The notes beneath the pieces were generated by a model. That model was not told the DNA's origin. It saw nothing but the letters and a program-made list of their open reading frames with translations, and ran no database searches. Below, one piece after another: positions 8,021 to 17,262 of a DNA stretch of 64,000 nt. The DNA is from Mycobacteriales bacterium (GTDB lineage: Bacteria; Actinomycetota; Actinomycetes; Mycobacteriales; QHCE01). Position numbers and translations under genes: made by a program. The stretch covers positions 14,411-78,410 of the forward strand of contig JBBSOC010000002.1 in assembly GCA_038260095.1 (NCBI GenBank). The letters run 5' to 3'. Within the stretch, counting starts at the first letter, position 1; every line of letters begins with the position of its first letter.

Positions 8021-10792
8021 CTACGCCTTGGCGGCTACTTTTTTCTTTGTCTTAGTGGTGCGTCGAGTCCCTGCCGCTCGTGTCACTGGACCGCGTTCGC
8101 GGCGGTCGGCTAGTAGCTCGGCGGCGCGCTCGGTGGTAATTTCTTCAACGGCGTCGCCTTTTCGCAAGCTAGCGTTAGTCTCACCATCGGTCACGTAAGG
8201 TCCGAATCGGCCATCTTTAACCACAATGGGGCTCTTGCTCACCGGATCCTCACCCAGCTCACGCAGCGGAGCCGCGGCAGCCTTTCGGGAGCGAGTCTTT
8301 GGCTGCGCGAACAGCTGCTCTGCCTGCTCCAATGTCACCGTGAACAGCTGATCCTCATTCTCCAGTGAACGGGAGTCGGTGCCTTTCTTTACATACGGTC
8401 CGTAACGACCGTTCTGCGCCGTGATTTCTTGCCCATCTACCGCACCGATCGGTCGCGGCAGCGACAACAGCCGCAGCGCATCCACCAACGTCAGCTCCGC
8501 TGGCTCCATCGCCGAGAACAGGCTCGAGGTACGTTCCCCGCTATTAACGTATGGTCCGTAGCGCCCGGCTTTGAGCACCACCGGCTCGCCAGTCTCTGGG
8601 TGCTGACCAAGTTCCCGATCACCCTGCGGTGCGTCAAACAGCTCGACTACGCGCTCCCGGCTGAGCTCATCGGGAACCACATCATCGGGCAGGCTCACCC
8701 GCTCGCTCGCGTCTGCCTCAGCATCGCCGTTGGAGGGCGCGGCACCCTTTTGAAGGTAGGGGCCGTAGCGGCCAACGCGGACCACTACATCATCAAAAAG
8801 CGGAATGGAGTTGACCCCACGCGCGTCAATCTCGCCCAGGTTCTCCGCCACGAGTTTTTTCAAACCACCCGCGCGTGCGATCCCAGTCTCATGGCGTTGC
8901 GTGGAATCCTTGCCCTGTTCAGCGCCGGTAGCACCACCAGTATCACCAAAGTAGAACTGCGTCAGCCACTCGATCCGGCTTCGATCACCGGAAGCTATTT
9001 CGTCTAAATCTTCTTCCACGCTAGCGGTGAAGTTGTAGTCCACTAGCCGCGCGAAGTGAGACTCCAACAGCTGCACCACCGCAAACGCGACAAAGGATGG
9101 GATGAGTGCCTGTCCCTTTTTCCATACGTAACCACGATCTTGAATAGTCTGCATGATCGAGGCGTACGTACTGGGGCGGCCGATTCCCAGCTCTTCTAGG
9201 GCCTTCACCAGGCTTGCTTCGGTGTAACGAGCGGGTGGCTGCGTGGAATGCCCGGCGGCCTGTAGCTCTCGCGCTCCGAGCTCATCCCCAGTTTCCAGCT
9301 TCGGAAGCCGGCGCTGCGCATCGTCGGCCCCGTCATGTACATCATCAGCCGCGGAGCCGGTGGGTTCCTCATCACGGCTCTCTACATACGCCCGCAAGAA
9401 ACCCGGTTCGGTGATCGTCTTTCCGGTAGCGGAAAAGTCAGCCACCTCACCGGAGCTAGAGGTGCCAGACAACCGCACCGAGACGCTCTGGCCTACCGCG
9501 TCGGTCATCTGTGAGGCTACCGTGCGCTGCCAGATCAGCTCGTACAATTTGAACTCATCAGTGGACAACGTCGAGGCAAGCTCACCGGGAGTGCGGAACT
9601 GGTCTCCGGAGGGGCGGATCGCCTCGTGAGCCTCTTGGGCGTTTTTGATCTTACGTGAATAGCGGCGAGGTTGCGGCGGAACGAAAGCGTCTCCAAACAG
9701 CTGCTGCACCTGCGATCGCGCCGCCGTCAAGGCGGCCTCCGACAAGTTCGTCGAGTCGGTACGCATATAGGTGATGTGGCCGTTTTCATACAACCGCTGC
9801 GCCACTCGCATGGTCTGCTGGCTGGAGAAACGCAGTTTGCGGCCCGCTTCCTGCTGCAAAGTCGAGGTCATGAATGGTGGATAAGGTTTGCGACGGTATG
9901 GCTTGTCCTCAACCCGAGTAACTCTGAAATTGGCAGCGAGCAGCCGAGTGGCCAGGCCGCGAGCACCTGCCTCGTCCAACGTCACAACGTCGCCGCGCAC
10001 ACCATCACGCAGCGCCCCGGTAGTGGGCTCGAAGTCTTTACCGACGGCAATCCGATCACCGTCCAGCGACACCAGACGGGCTTGGAAGCTGCTCGGCTCG
10101 CCTTCAGGACGCTGTTTGCCCAAACTTGTGCCCGCGAGCTCGAATTCGGCTTCAATGTCCCAGTAGCCAGCTGCCCGAAATCGCATGCGAGCCCGCTCGC
10201 GTTCCACCACAATGCGAGTTGCCACCGATTGCACGCGGCCCGCCGACAACTTCGGCATGACCTTCTTCCACAGCACCGGGCTGACTTCGTAGCCGTACAA
10301 GCGGTCCAGGATGCGGCGCGTCTCCTGCGCATCCACCAATGCGGCGTCGAGCTCCCGTGGATGGGCTACCGCATGCTCGATCGCGGTTCGGGTGATCTCG
10401 TGAAACACCATTCGCCGCACGGGAACAGTGGGCTTAAGTGTCTGCACCAAATGCCAGGCGATCGCTTCGCCTTCGCGGTCCTCGTCTGTGGCCAGGTACA
10501 GCTCGTCGGCCTCTTTGAGTAGCGACTTAAGCTTGGTGACCTGAGCCTTGCGATCTGGGCTCACTACGTACAGCGGGGCGAAGTCATGCTCAGTATCCAC
10601 ACCCAGCCGCGCCCAGGGCTCACCTTTGTGTTTGGCGGGAACATCAGCGGCGTTACGTGGTAAGTCTCGAATATGACCGATGCTGGCTTCCACAGTGAAT
10701 CCCGTGCCAAGATAGCCCGCAATGGTACGGGCTTTGGCGGGCGACTCTACGATCACCAGCTTGTGTTGCGGTTTCTTGGGCTTGGAAGCCAC
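8021..10792 (-). CDS. topA: DNA topoisomerase I
   Basis: 923 aa with an N-terminal Toprim (KLVIVESPAKARTIAGYLG...), ITYMRTDS around the active-site Tyr, repeated GRYGPY C-terminal modules and a Lys-rich tail. Confidence 0.95.
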   Translation of the reverse strand: MASKPKKPQHKLVIVESPAKARTIAGYLGTGFTVEASIGHIRDLPRNAADVPAKHKGEPWARLGVDTEHDFAPLYVVSPDRKAQVTKLKSLLKEADELYLATDEDREGEAIAWHLVQTLKPTVPVRRMVFHEITRTAIEHAVAHPRELDAALVDAQETRRILDRLYGYEVSPVLWKKVMPKLSAGRVQSVATRIVVERERARMRFRAAGYWDIEAEFELAGTSLGKQRPEGEPSSFQARLVSLDGDRIAVGKDFEPTTGALRDGVRGDVVTLDEAGARGLATRLLAANFRVTRVEDKPYRRKPYPPFMTSTLQQEAGRKLRFSSQQTMRVAQRLYENGHITYMRTDSTNLSEAALTAARSQVQQLFGDAFVPPQPRRYSRKIKNAQEAHEAIRPSGDQFRTPGELASTLSTDEFKLYELIWQRTVASQMTDAVGQSVSVRLSGTSSSGEVADFSATGKTITEPGFLRAYVESRDEEPTGSAADDVHDGADDAQRRLPKLETGDELGARELQAAGHSTQPPARYTEASLVKALEELGIGRPSTYASIMQTIQDRGYVWKKGQALIPSFVAFAVVQLLESHFARLVDYNFTASVEEDLDEIASGDRSRIEWLTQFYFGDTGGATGAEQGKDSTQRHETGIARAGGLKKLVAENLGEIDARGVNSIPLFDDVVVRVGRYGPYLQKGAAPSNGDAEADASERVSLPDDVVPDELSRERVVELFDAPQGDRELGQHPETGEPVVLKAGRYGPYVNSGERTSSLFSAMEPAELTLVDALRLLSLPRPIGAVDGQEITAQNGRYGPYVKKGTDSRSLENEDQLFTVTLEQAEQLFAQPKTRSRKAAAAPLRELGEDPVSKSPIVVKDGRFGPYVTDGETNASLRKGDAVEEITTERAAELLADRRERGPVTRAAGTRRTTKTKKKVAAKA

Positions 10793-10795
10793 CCG

Positions 10796-13150
10796 TTAAA
10801 CCTCTACCTTCTCGAAGGTGGAGGCTATAGGCACATCCGCACCCACCACAATGCTGCGTCGCTTAGAAACCACGATCGCTACCACTACCACAGCCGCGGC
10901 CCCTAGCGCTACGGCAACACGCAGCACAGTGTTCTCCGAACTACCCACCGACCACGTCACTATCGCTGGTGCAATCAGCAGAGACACCAGGTTCATCACC
11001 TTGATTAGCGGGTTGATGGCCGGGCCGGCCGTGTCCTTGAATGGGTCACCGACTGTGTCACCAATGACGGTAGCGGCATGCGCGGGTGAACCCTTACCAC
11101 CATGTGCACCATCCTCGACCATCTTCTTCGCGTTGTCCCAGGCACCGCCAGAGTTGGCGAGAAAGACTGCCATCAAGACACCTGTACCGATTGCTCCAGC
11201 CAGGTAGGAACCTAGCGCTCCGACTCCGAGGCCAAATCCGACCGCAACTGGTCCGAGGATAGCCAGCAAACCAGGCGTAGCCAGCTCACGCAGTGAATCC
11301 TTCGTGCAGATGTCGACGACTCTGCCGTACTCCGGCTTCACGGCACCGGTCATGATGCCCGGATTGTCGGCGAACTGACGGCGCACCTCGAACACGATGG
11401 CACCAGCCGCCCGCGTCACCGCGTTGATAGCCAAGCCGGAGAACAAGAACACTACGGAAGCACCGATGATGAGACCGACCAGGTTTTTGGGGTCGGCCAC
11501 GTTGAGCACACCGGAAAAGTTCAACTGATCGGCGACGGAAAGACTGCTCAGCGTAGTCCCACCAGCATCCCGGAAAGCCTGTTGCACCGCGTCAGTGAAC
11601 GAACCAAACAACGCGGTCGCCGCCAACACAGCGGTGGCGATCGCGATGCCTTTAGTAATGGCCTTGGTGGTGTTACCTACAGCGTCTAGATCCGTCAGCA
11701 CCCGGGCACCAGCCGGGCTGACGTCGCCCGACATCTCGGCAATACCTTGCGCGTTGTCACTGATCGGTCCGAACGTATCCATGGCAACGATGACACCCAC
11801 GGTGGTCAGCAAACCAGTGCCGGCCAGCGCAATCGCAAAAAGTGACACAACGATTGAGCCGCCGCCGAGCAGGAACGCACCGTAGACAGCCGCAGCAATC
11901 ACCAGAGCGGTATACACCGCCGACTCCATGCCCACAGTGATGCCGGCGAGCACTACAGTCGCCGGACCAGTCAACGCGGTCTTGCCGATATCACGCACCG
12001 GGCGCCTGTTGGTCTCAGTAAAGTACCCCGTGAGCAGCTGAATCGCCGCCGCCAGCACGATGCCGATCGCAACCGCGCCAATAGCGATCACCCGCGGATC
12101 CCCGTCGTGCCCGGCCAAAGGCTTGCTGATATCGGACAACGCCGCAAACGAGCTGGGCAGATACGCGAAGGCGGCCACGCCGCACAGCACTACAGAGATC
12201 GCCGCCGACGTGAAAAACGCTCGGTTGATTGCGGTCATGCCGCTTTTATCGGTGGCGCGTAGCCGGATCAGGAAGACACCGATGATTGCCGTGATGACCC
12301 CGATGGCTGGCACGATCAGTGGGAAGACAAGACCCGCCTCACCGAAGGCCACCTTGCCCAAAATGAGCGCCGCGACCAACGTCACCGCATAGGACTCGAA
12401 CAAGTCGGCCGCCATGCCGGCACAGTCACCGACGTTGTCGCCAACATTGTCGGCAATGGTGGCGGCATTACGCGGGTCGTCTTCGGGAATGTTGTGTTCA
12501 ACTTTGCCCACCAGGTCCGCGCCCACGTCAGCGGCCTTAGTGAAGATACCTCCGCCAACTCGCATGAACATGGCCAGCAGTGCCGCACCGAAACCAAATC
12601 CTTCTAGCACCGTCGGAGCGTCAGAGCGGTAGATCAAAACCACGGTCGCCGCGCCCAGTAGGCCAAGCCCAACCGTGAAGAATCCGACCACGCCACCAGT
12701 GCGAAACGCGATACGCATCGCGGACGCGCCGCCGCTTTCATTCGCCGCGGCGGCTACTCGAACGTTTGCGCGGGTAGCAAGCCACATGCCGACATAGCCA
12801 ATGAATGCGGAGAATAACGCGCCGACGAGAAAGAATGCTGAACGACCAATCCGCACACCGGCATCATCATTGGGTACGGGCAGCAGGAATAGCAGTACGA
12901 CCGCGAGGACCACAAAAACGCTCAGCGTCTTGAACTGCCGATTCAGATACGCCGAAGCGCCTTCCTGCACGGCTTCAGCGATGCGCTGCATCGCGGAGGT
13001 ACCCTGGCCTGCCGCAAGGACGGTCTGGATCAGCTTGCCAGCGATGGCTAGCGCTATCAGCGCAATAACCGCCACTATGGCAACGTAGGTGACATTGCTA
13101 GCGGAAAGCTCTACCGGCCCGCTACTTGCCGCGAGCGATGCGTCTCGCAT
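10796..13150 (-). CDS. hppA: membrane-bound proton-translocating pyrophosphatase
   Basis: 784-aa polytopic protein with the H+-PPase signatures GGIFTKAADVGADLVGKVE, DNVGDNVGDCAGMAADLFESY and GDTVGDPFKDTAGPAINPLIKVMN. Confidence 0.95.
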   Translation of the reverse strand: MRDASLAASSGPVELSASNVTYVAIVAVIALIALAIAGKLIQTVLAAGQGTSAMQRIAEAVQEGASAYLNRQFKTLSVFVVLAVVLLFLLPVPNDDAGVRIGRSAFFLVGALFSAFIGYVGMWLATRANVRVAAAANESGGASAMRIAFRTGGVVGFFTVGLGLLGAATVVLIYRSDAPTVLEGFGFGAALLAMFMRVGGGIFTKAADVGADLVGKVEHNIPEDDPRNAATIADNVGDNVGDCAGMAADLFESYAVTLVAALILGKVAFGEAGLVFPLIVPAIGVITAIIGVFLIRLRATDKSGMTAINRAFFTSAAISVVLCGVAAFAYLPSSFAALSDISKPLAGHDGDPRVIAIGAVAIGIVLAAAIQLLTGYFTETNRRPVRDIGKTALTGPATVVLAGITVGMESAVYTALVIAAAVYGAFLLGGGSIVVSLFAIALAGTGLLTTVGVIVAMDTFGPISDNAQGIAEMSGDVSPAGARVLTDLDAVGNTTKAITKGIAIATAVLAATALFGSFTDAVQQAFRDAGGTTLSSLSVADQLNFSGVLNVADPKNLVGLIIGASVVFLFSGLAINAVTRAAGAIVFEVRRQFADNPGIMTGAVKPEYGRVVDICTKDSLRELATPGLLAILGPVAVGFGLGVGALGSYLAGAIGTGVLMAVFLANSGGAWDNAKKMVEDGAHGGKGSPAHAATVIGDTVGDPFKDTAGPAINPLIKVMNLVSLLIAPAIVTWSVGSSENTVLRVAVALGAAAVVVVAIVVSKRRSIVVGADVPIASTFEKVEV

Positions 13151-13377
13151 GTATCCTCCTGGTCATGCTGAATGAATCACCGCGTGATCGAATCCAGCCA
13201 GTCCGCGCCCGCTTCTGTGCAGGTTGGTCCAGCTACACGTTTCGAGTACACGACGGTGCGTTGCACCTCGGGGTGATTTGGGGAGTGTAGGCGAGACCAG
13301 GTCAGGCCTGCACCACCGGATGCCACTCCAGACCACATTCCCCCAGACAAACAGCGCCAGAAGCACGCATTATGCGT

Positions 13378-13896
13378 TCAAGGTCCCGCATTCGGGCCCA
13401 ACTTTACTGGCCAACTGGCGCGCACCAGCGTGCCTATGCCATCCGGTGCTGGACCGATCTCGATCTCATCGATCATTCCGGTCAGGAGCAGCGGCGCGTT
13501 CGCCAGTTCTTCCGACACCTCGGTGGAGACAGCGGTCGCCATCTGCTGCCATGCGGAAACCGTATCGGTATCGGTATCGCGGTAGGGCGCGTAATCACGA
13601 ACGACCAGAACAATCTGTTCTTCCCCTGCGCTCGTGCGCTGACGTGAAATAGACAACTCCACGGCATCAGTGAGTTCGCAGCGTATCGCTGCGGCGATTG
13701 CCCGATTACACGCCTCAGAGACGGCGAGTTTGACGTCGTCGAGCGCTTCCAGCTGCGCACCGAGCTTTCGTGCTGCCGCAACCGCCACCAGCCGTGCCGT
13801 CGGAACGTGCGCGGGGGTAGGGCTGATCCTCAACGAAATCACCGGATCTCGCTCGGCAGCCGCTACACCGTACTGCGCGCCGACCCATGCGGTCAT
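13378..13896 (-). CDS. RsbW-like anti-sigma regulatory factor with a degenerate HATPase domain
   Basis: 172 aa with an N-box-like VSEACNRAI. DYAPY sits where DxGxG is expected and no clear G2 box is visible. It lies immediately downstream of a STAS antagonist gene. Confidence 0.45.
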   Translation of the reverse strand: MTAWVGAQYGVAAAERDPVISLRISPTPAHVPTARLVAVAAARKLGAQLEALDDVKLAVSEACNRAIAAAIRCELTDAVELSISRQRTSAGEEQIVLVVRDYAPYRDTDTDTVSAWQQMATAVSTEVSEELANAPLLLTGMIDEIEIGPAPDGIGTLVRASWPVKLGPNAGP

Positions 13897-13908
13897 CGTG
13901 GGTCCACC

Positions 13909-14280
13909 CTACTGTGTAGAGCTCGGCCGACCTGCGTCGCCGAGTGCAACGTCGATGGCGTCTTCTACCGAGGAAGCGATGGTGAACACTCGTTCCAAAC
14001 CGGTGATACGAAAAATTTTCACAATGCGCTCTTGCGTACAGACCAGCGCGAGGCTGCCGTTAGCGGCCTTCACCCGTTTGAGCGTGCCTACCAACACGCC
14101 AAGCCCGGTTGAATCTAGAAAATCCACATCTCGCATGTCCACTACCAGATGACGGTCCCCCGCATCCACAAGATCGACCAGCTTGACTCGAAGCTGCGGC
14201 GCGGTGTAGACATCGATCTCTCCCGCCACCGATACCACCGTATGGTCGTCAACCGAACGTGTGGTGATCGTGAGTTCCAT
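13909..14280 (-). CDS. STAS-domain anti-sigma-factor antagonist (RsfB/SpoIIAA-like)
   Basis: 123 aa, including [20 protein letters not shown] and [18 protein letters not shown] (the conserved DSTG phospho-serine region). Confidence 0.8.
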   Translation of the reverse strand: MELTITTRSVDDHTVVSVAGEIDVYTAPQLRVKLVDLVDAGDRHLVVDMRDVDFLDSTGLGVLVGTLKRVKAANGSLALVCTQERIVKIFRITGLERVFTIASSVEDAIDVALGDAGRPSSTQ

Positions 14281-14464
14281 TAAGATCCTCCATACGGTAG
14301 TAGTGCGATAGCAAGTGGCACCACATAGCGTGTAACTACGTTGCCCATTGTTGCCGATCTAACCACTAGTGTCGTGCATTGTGAGCTGGCGCCGCACCGG
14401 ACATGCAGCTAGTGCGACTTAAGTGCGCCATCGACAACGCTATTCACGCGGTCTCTTACTCGGT

Positions 14465-14574
14465 GTGCACGATAAAAATTTTTGCACAAGTTCTCTTAAC
14501 TTGGCAAAACACGCTGCCACTGACCTGGTTGCTTCATCGACGATGGGTGATGGCCGTAGCTTGCAATCGTGCAC
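14465..14574. repeat. structured intergenic repeat with terminal inverted repeats, copy A (MITE/REP/MIRU-like)
   Basis: The ends are gtgcacgat (14465-14473) and atcgtgcac (14566-14574). The block 14465-14509 is the exact reverse complement of 38880-38924 (45 nt). Weaker homology extends to about 14453-14589. Confidence 0.8.
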
Positions 14575-14611
14575 CATGTCGTTAGCCCAAGGCGTGAGTA
14601 GCGAACGGCTG

Positions 14612-14971
14612 TCAGTCTTCCACCGGTCCAGCTCTGGCTGTTGCTACCGATGAGCGCGGCAGCTTTAATCGCAGGTTTGTTGCGGCAACCTGCACTGAAA
14701 CGACAGCGTCGAGACCGTCCAGGCGACAACTGAGTAGCGTTGCATGATTGGCCAGGGCTACACTGCGAGCAGCTCGACAGGCCCGGCCCTGATCAACCAA
14801 ACTGCGTTGAGCGGCGGCAACCGCAGCTAAGTCCGCGACGTTGCTCGCCCGATGGACTGCGAGCATATAGGAACCAGCGGTAGCAATCGTCGCGGCGATC
14901 AACACGATAGCTGTACCCAGCGCCATGACCATTACCGATGCGCTGCCAGCGTCACGCCCTCGGCTACTCAT
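14612..14971 (-). CDS. Rv3654c-type TadE-like pilus protein
   Basis: 119 aa with an N-terminal hydrophobic segment (GSASVMVMALGTAIVLIAATIA). It is the last gene of the Tad-like operon and overlaps the upstream gene by 4 nt. Confidence 0.6.
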   Translation of the reverse strand: MSSRGRDAGSASVMVMALGTAIVLIAATIATAGSYMLAVHRASNVADLAAVAAAQRSLVDQGRACRAARSVALANHATLLSCRLDGLDAVVSVQVAATNLRLKLPRSSVATARAGPVED

Positions 14972-15360
14972 GGCGGTGCCTTGTCTTCTTTGCTTTGTTC
15001 ACCCTCTTCAGCCGCTGCGACGCAGACCGCTGAAATCTGTACCGCAGGTAACGCGGCGCCCCCAAGTCGCATATGCGCCTGAACCGTAGCCCGCACCATC
15101 CCTGCCTCAGTGACAACCGCAAGCTGCGCTGCCTGGGGCATGTTCGCCATAGCAGGGCGTTCTCCTCGAGCCACCGCGCGTGCCGCCAAGCATGCCGCAT
15201 GCTCACTGCGAAGCTGGGTAGTGACGGCGCCCACAGCGCCTAGGGCAATCGTGAGCATCAGCACCAGCGCTGGCATCGTGGCAGCCAGCTCCGCGGTCAC
15301 CATCCCCGAGTCACGGCTATTATGCCGTTCCCGGGAATTCGTCTCACCAGTCGGCGTCAC
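14968..15360 (-). CDS. TadE-like minor pilin
   Basis: 130 aa with a GMVTAELAATMPALVLML prepilin-like segment. Its GTG overlaps the stop of the flp-like gene (GTGA). Confidence 0.6.
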   Translation of the reverse strand: MTPTGETNSRERHNSRDSGMVTAELAATMPALVLMLTIALGAVGAVTTQLRSEHAACLAARAVARGERPAMANMPQAAQLAVVTEAGMVRATVQAHMRLGGAALPAVQISAVCVAAAEEGEQSKEDKAPP

Positions 15361-15530
15361 TTCAACGCTCGCGTCACGATGGCAGTGAGCGCTTGCTGCA
15401 CGGTGGGACTTGTCAACACTTTGAGCAGAATCCCGGCAAACGCCACCGCTGCCACGATGCCAACGGCATACTCGGCAGTCGTCATTCCTGTCTCACCGTG
15501 CCGACGCAGCCATCGTCGAATATTCTCCAT
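15357..15530 (-). CDS. Flp-type pilin (DUF4244-like); absent from the ORF track because it is under 60 aa
   Basis: The minus-strand ATG at 15530 gives MENIRRWLRRHGETGMTTAEYAVGIVAAVAFAGILLKVLTSPTVQQALTAIVTRALK* (57 aa). It contains the G/xxxxEY Flp processing motif. Confidence 0.7.
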   Translation of the reverse strand: MENIRRWLRRHGETGMTTAEYAVGIVAAVAFAGILLKVLTSPTVQQALTAIVTRALK

Positions 15531-15588
15531 TACTGTCTCCTAATCTTTAGTTGTGTTATCTATTGGGTTGCCCAGACCAAACTGCGCC

Positions 15589-17262
15589 TCATATAGCCGT
15601 TTTTAGGGCTTGTTGCAGCACACTGACCACTACGGGAACGACGCCCAGCAGCACAAAGGACGGCAGAAAGCAGCACATCAACGGCGCGACCATGAGCACA
15701 CCGCGGCGCTGTGCGGCTGCTTCCTGTGCGGCCTGCGTTGACTCGCGAAGTTGGGCAGCCATGCGTACGAGGCTGTCGGCTAGTGCGGCTCCACTGTGAC
15801 CGCTGCGGGCAAGCGCCCGTAGGAGCGGCGCGGCGTCAGGGGCTTCACAGATGCCGCGCCGCCATGCGGCTGGGATAGGCTCACCAAGTGCCGCGGCAGC
15901 ACCTACAGCTCGCAGGCTTGCGCCTAGGCGGCCGCTCAACGCTGTGCCCACCTGGCATAGCGCCTGTGAGGTAGGGGAACCGGACCGCAGTGCGGCTGAC
16001 AGCAGCACTAGGGCGTAGGGAAGCTGCTCCAGCCAGCCTGGGTCAGGTCGGCGGGCCTGCCTCCTACGCAGCCAGGCCATACTCGCAACTGAACCCAGTG
16101 CTACCCCCACTCCGATCGGTAAAGCCCATACAGCACGTCCGATAAACCAGGCAGCCGCCACGCCCGCGAGTGCCCCCACAAACCACCGGACAGCGGGTCC
16201 CGTGGTCCCAGTGCTGGTGCTTTCGGAGTCGGCAGCGAAAGGATCGCAGCCATTGCTATCCACTTTCAGCACCGCTGCCAAACCCCGTAACCGTTGTCTG
16301 CTCACACATCTGTCACGACGCCACGTGAGTGCTGACAGCACACCGCGAACCGCTGAAATCATCCGCGGCGTTCCCGCATCGGCAGCAGCGATCCGGTCTG
16401 CCCAGATCCATCCAGCGCAGTGCAACACCACCGCTGTTAGCGCACAACACGCTCCCAAGAAGCTGTGCAGCAGCACTGCGGCCGGGTCCGCGCCCATGGT
16501 GCAACCGACCGCTATTCCTAGCGCGGGCAACAATGACAGCACCATGACCGTGGCGCGAGCACTCGCCGTGTGTACTGCCGCCGCCTGCTCGCGTCGGCGC
16601 TGCGCTGCTAGCTCGTCGTCTAGGCCGTCGAGCACACCTGCAAGTGCCGAGCCGGATTCTTGGAGCTTCCAAGCGGCGGCAAGGCGATCGCACCACGCTG
16701 CCTGTGGCACAGGGACCGCGCGCAGCGCAGCCACCACTCCTACCCCGTCCCCACTAGCGGCGTTTCGTACCTGTTGCCATGCCACAAGCATGCGCAGTAC
16801 CGCGGCACATAGAGTGCAGGCGGTGTCTGACTGCGCGCAGCTAGGGTGGCGTGAACGCAGGCCCGCGCAGACCATGTCGGTTGCTGCTACTAGCGCTAGA
16901 TGCGGAGACTGGCCAGCGCGGATTTCGTCGGCAATCGTCATGCATGCTTCAGAGCACAGCGATAAGGAGATGCGGCGCAACGCACGCCAGCGACGCGCAC
17001 GTAGCGCTCGCCGCAGCAACCAGAAATAACAACAGCTCGCCACAGCCAGAACTGGACCGCTCACTACGTATGCGGCGCCGACCATACCGAGATAGCCCGG
17101 CAGGCACCACCCATGCCACCATCGCCTGAGCCTGACAAACCTAAGCCTCCGCAGCTGAGCTGTGTCACCGTCGGCGTACTTGTCCGGCGCGGACTGAGTC
17201 GCAGCCAGCAGCCGTAAACGCGTCCGCGAGCTCAACCGACTAGACGTCAAAGCGGCGATCAT
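15589..17262 (-). CDS. TadB-TadC (two T2SS-F-like modules) in one continuous reading frame
   Basis: 557-aa ORF with no in-frame stop. The N-terminal half resembles TadB (ADEIRAGQSP..., LAGVLDGLDDELAAQRR). The C-terminal half resembles TadC (SAALRSGSPTSQAL..., LADSLVRMAAQLRE). Confidence 0.6.
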   Translation of the reverse strand: MIAALTSSRLSSRTRLRLLAATQSAPDKYADGDTAQLRRLRFVRLRRWWHGWCLPGYLGMVGAAYVVSGPVLAVASCCYFWLLRRALRARRWRALRRISLSLCSEACMTIADEIRAGQSPHLALVAATDMVCAGLRSRHPSCAQSDTACTLCAAVLRMLVAWQQVRNAASGDGVGVVAALRAVPVPQAAWCDRLAAAWKLQESGSALAGVLDGLDDELAAQRRREQAAAVHTASARATVMVLSLLPALGIAVGCTMGADPAAVLLHSFLGACCALTAVVLHCAGWIWADRIAAADAGTPRMISAVRGVLSALTWRRDRCVSRQRLRGLAAVLKVDSNGCDPFAADSESTSTGTTGPAVRWFVGALAGVAAAWFIGRAVWALPIGVGVALGSVASMAWLRRRQARRPDPGWLEQLPYALVLLSAALRSGSPTSQALCQVGTALSGRLGASLRAVGAAAALGEPIPAAWRRGICEAPDAAPLLRALARSGHSGAALADSLVRMAAQLRESTQAAQEAAAQRRGVLMVAPLMCCFLPSFVLLGVVPVVVSVLQQALKTAI

